Notes: a model not told the origin generated them from the letters alone. Shown: positions 1 through 9,464, counted from the stretch's first letter. The stretch is 64,000 bases of DNA from Clostridia bacterium (GCA_022795075.1 JAAWGB010000002.1:6007-70006); one strand, 5' to 3'. A program made the numbers and translations.

Positions 1-1442
1 GTATCTGCTTGTTTCGCAATTTCAATTGCTTGTTGCAAATATTCATTTTCTTTTTCTTCTTCATTTTCAACATGAATGATATTTCCTCCATCTGCTGATA
101 GTATTTGATTAATTTCTTTTTCTCTTAAGATTTCACTTCCTTTTGCATATAGAACATTTTTAGTTCCCATTCTTTTTTCAAATACTTCCTTTAAGGTTTG
201 TATTTTAGATTTATCTGAAAATATCGACCATGAACCAAGTATAGCAATATTATCACCATATGGTCCAATTAATGCTATTTTTTGATTTTTCTTTAATGGT
301 AATACTTCTTTTTCATTTTTTAATAGGACAAGTGTTTCGGCAGTTTGTTTTCTTGCTTCTTGTAAGTTTTCTTCACTTTTTAAAATTCTTTTTTCCCTTT
401 CTTCATCAATATTTCCATATGGATTTTCAAATAATCCTAGTTTATTTTTTAGGATTAATACTCTCATAACTGACTGGTTTAATATTTCTTCTGGCACTTT
501 GCCTTCGTCTATTAATTCTTTTAAATGATTGGCATACACATTAGACATCATGTCAATATCTACACCTGCCATAATTGCTCGGTAGGCTGCTTGCTTTTTA
601 TCTTTTGAAACACCATGAGCAATTGTTTCTTCTATTGCAGAATAATCAGAAATAACAATTCCTTTAAATCCTAATTCTTTTCTTAATACTTCTCTTAATA
701 ACCATTGGTTAACCGATGCTGGTACCCCATTTATAGTATTAAAAGAAGTCATAATCATTTCTGCTCCATTTTCAATAGCAGATTTGTAAGCAGGTAAGTA
801 ATATTGTCTAAATTCCCTTTCTGACATATCGACTGTATTGTAATCTCTACCACCTTCTACTGCTCCATAGGCAGCAAAGTGTTTCACACAAGCTGCGACA
901 TTTCCTAATTTGGAAATATCTTCTCCTTGATAGGCTTGTATCATCGTTTTGGCAAATACTTGTCCTAAGTAAGGGTCTTCTCCTCCAATAGATTCCATAA
1001 CTCTTCCCCATCTTGAATCTCGCACTAAATCTACCATTGGTGAAAAGTTTACACTTGCCCCTGCTGATCCCGCTTCTTTAATCGATACTTTTGTACAATG
1101 ATAAACTACATTTGGATCCCATGAACATCCTTGGGCTAATGGTATTGGAAATACTGTTCGATAGCCGTTAATGATATCTGCCATAAACAAAAGTGGTATT
1201 TTTAATCGACTTTTGGATAAATATTCGTCTTGTACTTTTCTAATTTTTTCGCTTCCTACAATATTTAAGATAGAACCTACCTGATAAAGTGTTTTATTTG
1301 ATAAATTCAAATCTTTTAATGGTCCTGTTGTAGTATCAATATTATCCATTAAAAATACTTCTCCTGTAACTTGAACTAATTGTCCTATTTTTTCTTCTAT
1401 TGTCATTTCCTGTAATAAATCTACCAATTCTTCTTTTTTCAT
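1..1442 (-). CDS. Glycoside hydrolase family 3 beta-glucosidase (BglX-like); the 3' end runs off the window
   Basis: Absent from the ORF track because no stop codon lies in the window. My minus-strand translation from the ATG at 1442..1440 gives MKKEELVDLLQEMTIEEKIGQL... It carries the GH3 blocks SPMVDLVRDSRWGR, KHFAAYG and the nucleophile block GFKGIVISDY. The frame stays open to position 1. Confidence 0.85.
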   Translation of the reverse strand, partial: MKKEELVDLLQEMTIEEKIGQLVQVTGEVFLMDNIDTTTGPLKDLNLSNKTLYQVGSILNIVGSEKIRKVQDEYLSKSRLKIPLLFMADIINGYRTVFPIPLAQGCSWDPNVVYHCTKVSIKEAGSAGASVNFSPMVDLVRDSRWGRVMESIGGEDPYLGQVFAKTMIQAYQGEDISKLGNVAACVKHFAAYGAVEGGRDYNTVDMSEREFRQYYLPAYKSAIENGAEMIMTSFNTINGVPASVNQWLLREVLRKELGFKGIVISDYSAIEETIAHGVSKDKKQAAYRAIMAGVDIDMMSNVYANHLKELIDEGKVPEEILNQSVMRVLILKNKLGLFENPYGNIDEEREKRILKSEENLQEARKQTAETLVLLKNEKEVLPLKKNQKIALIGPYGDNIAILGSWSIFSDKSKIQTLKEVFEKRMGTKNVLYAKGSEILREKEINQILSADGGNIIHVENEEEKENEYLQQAIEIAKQAD

Positions 1443-2710
1443 ACCATTAACTCCCTTTTATTGATTTCTACAATATTTAGCTTTTCTAAGCCTTTTTTCA
1501 CATATTCATTTTTCATAAAATAGTTCCAAATAAGACCTGTCATATAATTTTCAATCATAATCATGGAAATTCCTTTGTCAATTCCAATACATTCTTCTGC
1601 ATACCATGGTTTTTCGTAATCTAAATTATAGGCATCTTTAAAACCATATTTTCCCCATAATTTAGGAAAATGATTGTAATAATATTCTAAGGCTTGGATG
1701 GAAAGTTTTGGTGTAAAAACAATGGAACCTGCTGCTCCACTAGGAGAAATTGTACCATCATTTCCTTTTAGTTCACTTTTAGCTGGCATGGCTCCAAATT
1801 CTCCTGAATATCCTTTTGGACCTACACAAGCAGTTAATCCCCAAGAGTTTTCTCCATATGTTTTGAATTTTTTCTCTTTTGATTGGATATTTTCACAAGA
1901 ACATTGCTTACTTTTTTTCATACAATATTTTCTGTTTGCTAGTGTTGCTTTTACAGAATTTTCAAACCAATCTATTCCATTGGCATCTTTTTTGTTTCTA
2001 AAGTCAATCCAGGCATGGGAATATTGATAAGTAAATAATGTTCCACAATAGGTATAAACGATATTTTTTATGTCTTCATAATTGGTTACTGGCTTTTTAA
2101 AATCTTGATAGATACTTACATCAACTGAATAAGTTGGTGATGCTACACTTAAAACATATAACATTAATTGTTCTGCATACATATCCCAATGTCCTGAAAA
2201 TCCTTCTTCTGGTGAATATCCCATATAAAATTGATTAACTTGTTCATCACGATACCAGTTCCAATTTACATTTTTATATAGTTGCTCTGCTTTTTCTTTT
2301 ATTTCTCCTTGAAAATACTCTCCTGCTAAAATGGCACCACATATAAAGATTGCTGTGTCAATAATGGAAACTTCACAATTCCATTCTCTTTTTGCTGTTT
2401 CCATATTAATAAAGTGATAGAAAAATCCGTTTACTGTTTCTAGGTTATGTAAGAAGGTATCTAATGTTCCACTAGCTCTTTTATACGCCTCTTGATAGGT
2501 TATCCATTTTCTTTCTACTCCAATTACTAATGCTGCTAGTCCATATCCAACTGATGCAATACTTGCAATTTGTGGCGATAGTTTGCTTTTGTCTCGAATA
2601 AGACCATATCCTTTACTTGCTTTGTTTGTGTTTGCCTCTTTTATAAAGAAGTTATATCCTCCTTTTATTTCTTTTTTTAGTAATTGCTCTTTTTGGCTTT
2701 TTATTCTCAT
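1439..2710 (-). CDS. DUF3131/GH144-like protein (putative endo-beta-1,2-glucanase, 'putative glucoamylase' family); no signal peptide
   Basis: 423-aa ORF. Segments such as ASIASVGYGLAALVIGVERKWITYQEA, NGFFYHFINMETAKREW and VSIIDTAIFICGAILAGEYF resemble my recollection of this alpha/alpha-barrel family. Its TGA stop overlaps the ATG of the GH3 gene (ATGA). Confidence 0.55.
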   Translation of the reverse strand: MRIKSQKEQLLKKEIKGGYNFFIKEANTNKASKGYGLIRDKSKLSPQIASIASVGYGLAALVIGVERKWITYQEAYKRASGTLDTFLHNLETVNGFFYHFINMETAKREWNCEVSIIDTAIFICGAILAGEYFQGEIKEKAEQLYKNVNWNWYRDEQVNQFYMGYSPEEGFSGHWDMYAEQLMLYVLSVASPTYSVDVSIYQDFKKPVTNYEDIKNIVYTYCGTLFTYQYSHAWIDFRNKKDANGIDWFENSVKATLANRKYCMKKSKQCSCENIQSKEKKFKTYGENSWGLTACVGPKGYSGEFGAMPAKSELKGNDGTISPSGAAGSIVFTPKLSIQALEYYYNHFPKLWGKYGFKDAYNLDYEKPWYAEECIGIDKGISMIMIENYMTGLIWNYFMKNEYVKKGLEKLNIVEINKRELMV

Positions 2711-2785
2711 TTGCTCACCTCAAATTTATTATAATTGGTATATTTCCCAAAAGCAATGGAGGTTTTTGCCAAAAATTACTCTATA

Positions 2786-2975
2786 CTTACAAGATAATCC
2801 TATTTAAAAAAGGAAAACAGTTCGCTTAAGTAATTTTCATAGAAATTCTAAATTCATTTTATGGCACCCTTCCATGCCAAAGGCGTGAACTCTTTCCATA
2901 AAATAAATTAAAAATTTCTACTTCAATTACTTTCGATTCACTGTTTTCCTTTTTTAAATAGGATTATCTTGTAAG
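2786..2975. repeat. 190-bp palindromic intergenic element: perfect 35-bp inverted arms around a 120-bp, itself imperfectly palindromic, core
   Basis: The arm cttacaagataatcctatttaaaaaaggaaaacag (2786-2820) has its exact reverse complement at 2941-2975. The inner boundary motif aaaaggaaaac.g-t(t)cg.t.aagtaattttca is shared with the element at 26684-26781. Confidence 0.8.
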
Positions 2976-3044
2976 TTTTAGTAAATTATGCTAATTAAAA
3001 AGTTGATAATTATTTTTTACTTTTCAATAATTATCAACTTTTAT

Positions 3045-3476
3045 TTATTCTTTTTTCCAATCCATAACATATTCTTTTTGACCTGTTTTATCATCTACTT
3101 GAATTCCTTTATTTTTAAAATTCATAGCTACATAAAAAAGAGTTGCATTCACATTTTTTTCATATACTTTTAATGTTAAATAATCATATCTTTCTTTACA
3201 ATAATTAATTAGTCTTCTTCCTATTCCCTCTCTTTGATTTTCTTGTTTTACAAATAAAGCTCCAATATATTCATCTTTTAAAATACTAATAAAGCCTTTT
3301 ATATCTTCTCCTTCTGTATACACATATGTATCTGATTTTAACAAATATTCATTTTTTACTAGATTAAAATTTTCTAGCCAATAATCTTTTTCAATAAAAT
3401 CATGTGCCTTAAAATTTCCTTTTGTCCATAAAGTCATCACTTTAGTAACATCTTCTTCTTTCATTCTTCTTATCAT
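3045..3476 (-). CDS. GNAT family N-acetyltransferase
   Basis: 143-aa ORF with the acetyl-CoA binding motif A, QENQREGIGRRLINY (Q/R-x-x-G-x-G/A). An RBS-like ggaggagat lies upstream of the ATG. Confidence 0.8.
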   Translation of the reverse strand: MIRRMKEEDVTKVMTLWTKGNFKAHDFIEKDYWLENFNLVKNEYLLKSDTYVYTEGEDIKGFISILKDEYIGALFVKQENQREGIGRRLINYCKERYDYLTLKVYEKNVNATLFYVAMNFKNKGIQVDDKTGQKEYVMDWKKE

Positions 3477-3539
3477 TTGAATCTCCTCCGACTTTTATTT
3501 GTTACTAGTATATCCTAATTTCCAAAAAAATACAAATAT

Positions 3540-3686
3540 TTAATCCGATTTTTTACGTTGTTTCATTTGATTTTCCATTTTTTCTAACTCTAGCTGAGAT
3601 AATTCCTTAACAGAATAATAGTCTCCGTGACTAATACAAGCTATCACTTGCTTTAAAAAGGCTATATATTTTTCATCATTTACCAT
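3540..3686 (-). CDS. Small hypothetical protein (48 aa)
   Basis: Below the ORF-track size cutoff. My translation is MVNDEKYIAFLKQVIACISHGDYYSVKELSQLELEKMENQMKQRKKSD. An aagga motif lies about 10 nt upstream of the ATG. No family recognised. Confidence 0.3.
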   Translation of the reverse strand: MVNDEKYIAFLKQVIACISHGDYYSVKELSQLELEKMENQMKQRKKSD

Positions 3687-3927
3687 ATTTTTACATTCCT
3701 TTATTACTATATTTTTTTACGCTAATAGAATATGTTCGATTTTATGGGTAATACTAATAGTGATACTTTCTTTTTGTCCATAATAACATATTTAGCTTGT
3801 AAATTCAACTATTTTTAAAGAATTTAGCATAATTGAAATCGAAAAGTATCGTAGTTTTAATGTGTTCAACATTTTTAGGCATCTTGTTATACTACTAATA
3901 ATACTTTGGATTGCATGGAGGTACGAA

Positions 3928-4269
3928 ATGAGTTCAGTCTTAAAATCTGATATTGATAAAAATTTTGGTAAAATATTACGTAATTTTCGTATAAAAAATA
4001 AATTAACACAAGAACAATTATCTGAAAAATTAGGTATTTCATTAAAATATATTTCTAGAATTGAAAACGGAAATAATGGCGTAAAAACACAAACCTTAAT
4101 AAATTATATGAATATATTAGGTATCACTCCAAATACCATTTATGCTTCCTTTATTACTAATAAAGAAACACTTAAAAATATAGAAATTTCAGAAAAACTT
4201 TCTTTACTTTCTGATGAGAAAAAAGATTTTATCAATTCTATGATTGATTTGCTAAAAGAATTAAATTAA
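3928..4269 (+). CDS. XRE-family helix-turn-helix transcriptional regulator
   Basis: HTH_3 signature LTQEQLSEKLGISLKYISRIENG. I prefer the ATG at 3928 (RBS ggagg 6-7 nt upstream) over the GTG at 3862 used by the track. Confidence 0.8.
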   Translation: MSSVLKSDIDKNFGKILRNFRIKNKLTQEQLSEKLGISLKYISRIENGNNGVKTQTLINYMNILGITPNTIYASFITNKETLKNIEISEKLSLLSDEKKDFINSMIDLLKELN

Positions 4270-4283
4270 TTTTAATATAAAAC

Positions 4284-4326
4284 TAAAAGTTGCTAAAAAT
4301 CCATTCTTTTTAGCAGCTTTTTTAGT
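4284..4326. terminator. Bidirectional intrinsic terminator between convergent genes
   Basis: Hairpin gttgctaaaaa-tccattc-tttttagcagc, flanked by an A-run on the left and a T-run on the right. Confidence 0.6.
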
Positions 4327-4348
4327 TTTTATATTGTTTATAAAAAAA

Positions 4349-5854
4349 TTACTCAATATTATAAGTATCTAAATCTTTAAAAGCTGGATCATATAAATTT
4401 TTACCCTTATAATCAAAACGAGATCCATGGCAAGGACAATCCCAAGTTTTATCTACATCATTCCAAGAAAGCAAGCAACCTAAATGAGTACAAACTGGTT
4501 TTACAGCAAAAACTTTTCCAGTTGGACTTTTATAAATTCCAACCTTTTCGTTATGAATTTCAATAATACTACCAGAATCATTAGCAATTTCGTCAAAATT
4601 CATATTAGCAGGTCTAAATTTATTAAGAACTAATGAATTAGTAGACTGAACTAATACATTTTTCATTTCATCTCTATTTTTTATTGGTTTTAAGCGAGAA
4701 GGCCTAAATAAATATTCATACTTATTATCTTTGTCACAAATTAAATCAGTAACTATATTGGCAGCTACATTCGATAACGTCATTCCCCATTTTTTAAAAC
4801 CTGTACCAACAAAAACATTGGGCATAACAGAAGAATATTGACCAATAAAGGGAAGTTTATCAAGTGAAATACAATCACGTGTATTCCAGCGATATAAAAC
4901 TTCACAGTTGGGGTAAAACTTTTTAGCCTCTTGCTCCAACATCCCATACGTATCTTGATAACAAGAAGGCTGACCAGTTTTATGATCTCCTCCACCAATT
5001 AATAATAATTCTTTTCCATTATGTCTAACAGTTCGGTAAGAAAAAGTAGGACTACTAGAATTAATATACATACCATTAAAAAGTGTTTTTTTGGTATCTA
5101 CAGCAATTAAATAAGAAGTAGATTGATACATTTTAAGAAAATAGAATCCTGGAAAGTTAATAAAAGGATAATGACTAGCAACAATTACAAACTTACTTTT
5201 AACAGTAGCTTGATTAGTAATAACCAAATAAGTTTCATCCATATTTTTTTCAATATTAGTAACAACAGTATTGGCATAAATTTCACCATTATGGGATAAA
5301 ATACTGTTGGCTAAACCATATAAATATTTTAAAGGATGAAATTGAGCTTGATTTTTAAAACAAATGGCTCCTTCTATTTCGAAAGGAAGACCTGTTTTGG
5401 TAACAAATTCGCAAGGAAAACCTAATGCTTCTACACTAGATACTTCCTTTTTAATTGCATTTAATTCTGACTTTTTAGTCGTATATACATAACTATTTTG
5501 ATATTCAAAATCACATTTAATTTTTTCTGTATCGATAATATTTTTAATACTTTCAATTGCTTTTTCATTTACTTGTAAATAATCAGAAGCAAATTTTTTT
5601 CCAAAAGAATGAATTAAATAATTGTAAAACAAATTGTGTTGGCTAGTAATTTTAGCAGTTGTATGCCCAGTTGTCTTCTCACCAATTCCACTTTTATCTA
5701 AAACTGTTACACGAAAACCTAAATGACTTAAAAAATAAGCACAAGTAAGACCAAAAATCCCACTACCAATAATACATACGTCTGTTTCTAAATGACTAGA
5801 AAGTGGCAAACATTTGTCAGTCTTCTTGTCAAAATCTAACCATAATGAGTTCAT
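4349..5854 (-). CDS. FAD-dependent oxidoreductase with a C-terminal Rieske [2Fe-2S] domain (B. subtilis YhfW-like)
   Basis: N-terminal dinucleotide fold VCIIGSGIFGLTCAY. C-terminal Rieske ligand boxes CTHLGC ... CPCHGSRF. Confidence 0.8.
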   Translation of the reverse strand: MNSLWLDFDKKTDKCLPLSSHLETDVCIIGSGIFGLTCAYFLSHLGFRVTVLDKSGIGEKTTGHTTAKITSQHNLFYNYLIHSFGKKFASDYLQVNEKAIESIKNIIDTEKIKCDFEYQNSYVYTTKKSELNAIKKEVSSVEALGFPCEFVTKTGLPFEIEGAICFKNQAQFHPLKYLYGLANSILSHNGEIYANTVVTNIEKNMDETYLVITNQATVKSKFVIVASHYPFINFPGFYFLKMYQSTSYLIAVDTKKTLFNGMYINSSSPTFSYRTVRHNGKELLLIGGGDHKTGQPSCYQDTYGMLEQEAKKFYPNCEVLYRWNTRDCISLDKLPFIGQYSSVMPNVFVGTGFKKWGMTLSNVAANIVTDLICDKDNKYEYLFRPSRLKPIKNRDEMKNVLVQSTNSLVLNKFRPANMNFDEIANDSGSIIEIHNEKVGIYKSPTGKVFAVKPVCTHLGCLLSWNDVDKTWDCPCHGSRFDYKGKNLYDPAFKDLDTYNIE

Positions 5855-6000
5855 TTTTTACCTCCTTAGTAAGATTAGTATAACCAATTTTTAGGAATAA
5901 ATTATAAAAAAACTGGAAAAATAAATAATGATATGATAAAATAACAAAAATGAGATTAAGGGTGTTCCTTAAAATCTTTAATTAGAAAGGAAGGATAAGA

Positions 6001-7398
6001 ATGGGAGAAGAACTAAAAGAAAAACTTTTTCATCCAAAAGAAAATGGTTGGAAAAATACAGACGAAACAAAAAAACAAGAAATTTTTAAATTATCTAAAA
6101 ATTATATGGCATTTTTAAACCAAGCTAAAACAGAAAGAGAATTTATTAAACAAGCAAGAAAATTGGCAGATGCTAATGGGTATAAAGATATTATAGAATT
6201 TGAAACCTTAAAACCAGGAGATAAAGTCTATTTTGTTAATCGAGAAAAAAGCATGTATTTAGCAATTATTGGCGAAAATAGTATCGAAGATGGTATGCAC
6301 ATAATTGGTTCACATGTAGATTCTCCAAGGTTAGATTTAAAACCTAATCCATTATATGAAGATACTGGATTTGCTTATTTTAAAACACATTATTATGGTG
6401 GTATTAAAAAATATCAATGGACTACCATTCCTCTTAGTATCCATGGTGTAATTGTAAAAACAAATGGAGAAAAAATTGATGTTACAATTGGAGAAGATGA
6501 AAATGACCCTATTTTTACCATTACAGATTTATTGCCTCATCTTGCACAAGAACAAATGGAGAAAAAATTGAAAAATGGTATTGAAGGAGAAGACTTAAAT
6601 TTATTAATTGGTAGTATTCCTTATCAAGATAAAAAAGTATCTGATAAAGTAAAATTAAATATTTTGAATATTTTAAATCAAAAATATGGTATTACAGAAG
6701 TAGATTTTACAAGTTCAGAACTAGAAATTGTTCCAGCTTTTCGAGCAAGAAGTTTAGGATTTGATGAAAGTATGATTGCAGCTTATGGGCAAGATGATAA
6801 AGTATGTGCTTATACTTCTCTTATGGCTATGATGGAATTAGATCATGTTAAAAATACTGCTGTTTGTATTTTATCAGATAAAGAAGAAGTTGGTAGCATG
6901 GGAAATACTGGTATGGAATCTCATATGTTTGATTTCTTTGTGTCAGAAATGCTAAATAAGCTACAAATTAATCGACCAAATTTGTTAGATAAAGTATTTT
7001 GTTTTTCAAAAATGCTTTCTTCTGATGTAGATGCTGGATTTGATCCAATTTATAGCAGTGTGTCAGATAAAACAAATGCAGGATTTTTGGGAAAAGGTAT
7101 TGCTTTGGTAAAATATACTGGAGCAAGAGGAAAATCTGGTGCTTCTGATGCTAATGCTGAATATGTTGCTTGGGTTAGAAATGTGTTGGAAAAAAACAAT
7201 ATTCAATATCAATTAACTGAATTAGGAAAAGTAGATATTGGCGGTGGCGGAACAATTGCCTATATCTTGGCAAATAAGGGAACCGATGTTATTGATTGTG
7301 GTGTACCAGTTTTATGTATGCATGCTCCTTATGAAGTAACTAGTAAATATGATGTTTATGCTGCTTATGAAACCTATTTGGCTTTTTGGAAAGAATAA
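6001..7398 (+). CDS. M18-family aminopeptidase
   Basis: 465-aa ORF with IGSHVDSPRLDLKPNP and later metal-ligand blocks (DKEEVGS, GGGGTIA) typical of aspartyl/M18 aminopeptidases. RBS aaggaagga lies upstream. Confidence 0.8.
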   Translation: MGEELKEKLFHPKENGWKNTDETKKQEIFKLSKNYMAFLNQAKTEREFIKQARKLADANGYKDIIEFETLKPGDKVYFVNREKSMYLAIIGENSIEDGMHIIGSHVDSPRLDLKPNPLYEDTGFAYFKTHYYGGIKKYQWTTIPLSIHGVIVKTNGEKIDVTIGEDENDPIFTITDLLPHLAQEQMEKKLKNGIEGEDLNLLIGSIPYQDKKVSDKVKLNILNILNQKYGITEVDFTSSELEIVPAFRARSLGFDESMIAAYGQDDKVCAYTSLMAMMELDHVKNTAVCILSDKEEVGSMGNTGMESHMFDFFVSEMLNKLQINRPNLLDKVFCFSKMLSSDVDAGFDPIYSSVSDKTNAGFLGKGIALVKYTGARGKSGASDANAEYVAWVRNVLEKNNIQYQLTELGKVDIGGGGTIAYILANKGTDVIDCGVPVLCMHAPYEVTSKYDVYAAYETYLAFWKE

Positions 7399-7645
7399 TA
7401 TTCATACTTTTTAAAAGAAGGTCTTAAACAATTACTTGTCTAAAACCTTCTTTTTTTGACTTTTTTCTTGTTTTTTATTGACTTCTAGCTGTTTTTTTGC
7501 TACAATTTGCTTAATAAATCATATATTTATATGTTTTATTTTTTGTTTATTGAACTAGATTTCTGCTTACCAAGTAATCTAGTTCTATTATTTTAATTGC
7601 AATCTTTAGAATCACTTATTACAGCCTTTTATTGTTTCATCCTTT

Positions 7646-8812
7646 TTATTTTTTCCCTAATTTTATTTTTATTTCTTTATTGATTTTTCCTCTTGTTATT
7701 TTAAGGGTTACTTCATCATTTGGTTTTTTTGTATAAATATATTGTCTTAAGTCGTTCATGGTATTGAGTGATAGGTTATCAATATTCGTAATTACATCTC
7801 CTTCTTTTAACTCAGTATTGTCAGAAGGTCCATTTTTAGTGATTTGAGCAACATATATTCCTTTTTCAAAATTAACATTTGAATGATTGTTTAAGTATGG
7901 TATGACTTCTTTATCATAGGCATATATTCCAATTGTTGCTTCTTCAAAACTCCCTGTGCCTTTCAAACTTTCTATAATTGGTTTTACAATATTGATTGGA
8001 ACTGCAAATCCGATTCCCTCTGCTGATGATATTTTAACGGTATTGATTCCTAATACTTGCCCATTTGGATAAATTAGTGGTCCTCCACTGTTACCTGGAT
8101 TGATGGTTGCATCTGTTTGTATTAAGTCTGTCATATAAGATGATTTGTCTGTTTCTTCTATTTTTATGGTTCTATTTTTGGCACTGATGATTCCTGATGT
8201 TACGGTTCTTCTAAATTCAAATCCAATGGGATTTCCAATTGCATAGACGGTTTCTCCTACTCGAATTTGACTAGAATCTGCTAATGTTACATATTCTAAG
8301 TTTTTGGCATTTATTTTTGTGATGGATAAATCTAAGTCTGTGTCACTCCATACAACAGTTCCATCGTAATTGTTTCCATTTTCTAATGTAATGTAACATT
8401 TACTATATTTTTCTCCTGTTACATGTGCATTGCTTAAAATGTAACCATCTTCTGTTACTATTATTCCTGTTCCTAATCCTAATTCGCTTTCTGTACTTTT
8501 GGATAATATACTGTTTCCTGTGTTTTTTAGTTTTGATATTCCTACTACTTTTCTTGTTGTTTCTTCTATGATATCTGCTACTTTTTTGCTTTCTTGTTCT
8601 ACGTTTTCCACAGTTTGCACGCTTGGTGTATATTGTGTTCTTGTCGCTTCATATTCTTCTGTATGGATTTCTATGTTGCTATATGTAGTGTATAGGTAAA
8701 ATGTTAATATCCATATGATGATTGCTAAAATGGCTCCGATAATAATTTTTTTTGGATTGTTTGTTTTATTTTTTCTTTTCAAAATTTCCCACCTCGTTTT
8801 TATTATTTCCAA
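7646..8812 (-). CDS. htrA: Membrane-anchored HtrA/DegP-type serine protease with a PDZ domain
   Basis: N-terminal TM segment, trypsin-like catalytic blocks (SNAHV, TDLDL, GNSGGPL) and a C-terminal PDZ-like region. Confidence 0.85.
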   Translation of the reverse strand: MEIIKTRWEILKRKNKTNNPKKIIIGAILAIIIWILTFYLYTTYSNIEIHTEEYEATRTQYTPSVQTVENVEQESKKVADIIEETTRKVVGISKLKNTGNSILSKSTESELGLGTGIIVTEDGYILSNAHVTGEKYSKCYITLENGNNYDGTVVWSDTDLDLSITKINAKNLEYVTLADSSQIRVGETVYAIGNPIGFEFRRTVTSGIISAKNRTIKIEETDKSSYMTDLIQTDATINPGNSGGPLIYPNGQVLGINTVKISSAEGIGFAVPINIVKPIIESLKGTGSFEEATIGIYAYDKEVIPYLNNHSNVNFEKGIYVAQITKNGPSDNTELKEGDVITNIDNLSLNTMNDLRQYIYTKKPNDEVTLKITRGKINKEIKIKLGKK

Positions 8813-8986
8813 AACTTGTTTTTTTAAACAGCTTTTAATAGGTTTTAAAAAAAGGATTTAGAGAAAATCTTATGGGTTTTTTTGTTGTTGGATCAAAGGA
8901 TTAAACATTGAATTTAGAAGAAATTTTTTGTCTATTTATTTACATGTTTTGACAAGTTGTGTCGAAATATGTATTTTATGTCAAAT

Positions 8987-9015
8987 TTGCTTTTTATGGA
9001 AATTTATGGTATAAT
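8987..9015 (+). promoter_or_regulatory. Sigma-A type promoter with an extended -10 for the small ORF
   Basis: TTGCTT, a 17-nt spacer containing TG, then TATAAT (tggtataat at 9007-9015). Confidence 0.5.
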
Positions 9016-9049
9016 ATTAGATACAAAAAATGTAAGGAGGAATAAAGAA

Positions 9050-9211
9050 ATGTACACTTTAGAATCTTTAAAACGATTTCTTAATAAAATGGGAGAAGGA
9101 TATTTAAATTCAACTACCTGTAAGGAATCATTACCAAAAAAACTGCAGGGAACCCTGTACTCAAATGACAAAATCAATAAAATGGTTTTACATTTGATAC
9201 GTTGTTCCTAA
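9050..9211 (+). CDS. Small hypothetical protein (53 aa) in a stand-alone transcription unit upstream of the NRPS
   Basis: Strong RBS AAGGAGG 9 nt upstream of the ATG at 9050. Sequence MYTLESLKRFLNKMGEGYLNSTTCKESLPKKLQGTLYSNDKINKMVLHLIRCS. Followed by a perfect terminator. The track's 84-aa version starts at an upstream TTG with no RBS. Confidence 0.45.
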   Translation: MYTLESLKRFLNKMGEGYLNSTTCKESLPKKLQGTLYSNDKINKMVLHLIRCS

Positions 9212-9254
9212 TTCTTTCGATTCTAATTCACGTCTAAACTCACGTCTATATTCC

Positions 9255-9291
9255 AGGCCATTGGAAAGCTATACAGCCAATGGCCTTTTTC
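9255..9291 (+). terminator. Rho-independent terminator
   Basis: Perfect 10-bp stem aggccattgg / ccaatggcct with a 12-nt loop, followed by TTTTT. Confidence 0.8.
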
Positions 9292-9355
9292 TATATTAAA
9301 AATTAAAATTTTATATAACTTATCTTTTTATTAGCTAAGAAATCTCTCCTTTCTC

Positions 9356-9385
9356 TTGACAATTTTAGACTTAAAACTATATAAT
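9356..9385 (+). promoter_or_regulatory. Sigma-A type promoter of the NRPS gene
   Basis: TTGACA (9356-9361), an 18-nt spacer, then TATAAT (9380-9385), about 80 nt upstream of the NRPS ATG. Confidence 0.55.
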
Positions 9386-9464
9386 TTGACTAGAATAATC
9401 AGATAAATTTATATAATTTAACTATTACTGGGATAAAATTTTAGGAAAGATACGAGGAAAAGAA

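Noticed and set aside
260-469. Plus-strand ORFs in the track that lie antisense to long minus-strand genes. Examples: 260..469, 1698..2027, 20798..21259, 24530..24916, 44864..45343, 58160..58666 and 62989..63372.
   Set aside because: They sit entirely inside well-supported genes on the other strand. Their composition is Phe/Leu/Ser/Ile-rich and low in complexity, as expected when AT-rich coding sequence is read backwards. They have no RBS and no recognisable motifs.
8957-9211. The 84-aa version of the small ORF, starting at the TTG at 8957.
   Set aside because: The TTG lies inside the promoter region and has no RBS. The ATG at 9050 has a perfect AAGGAGG at the correct spacing, so only the 53-aa form is considered.
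8813-9464. A riboswitch or T-box leader in front of the NRPS.
   Set aside because: I could recognise no conserved specifier/T-box or riboswitch core motifs. The terminator belongs to a separate unit with its own promoter and RBS, and the NRPS has its own promoter downstream of it.
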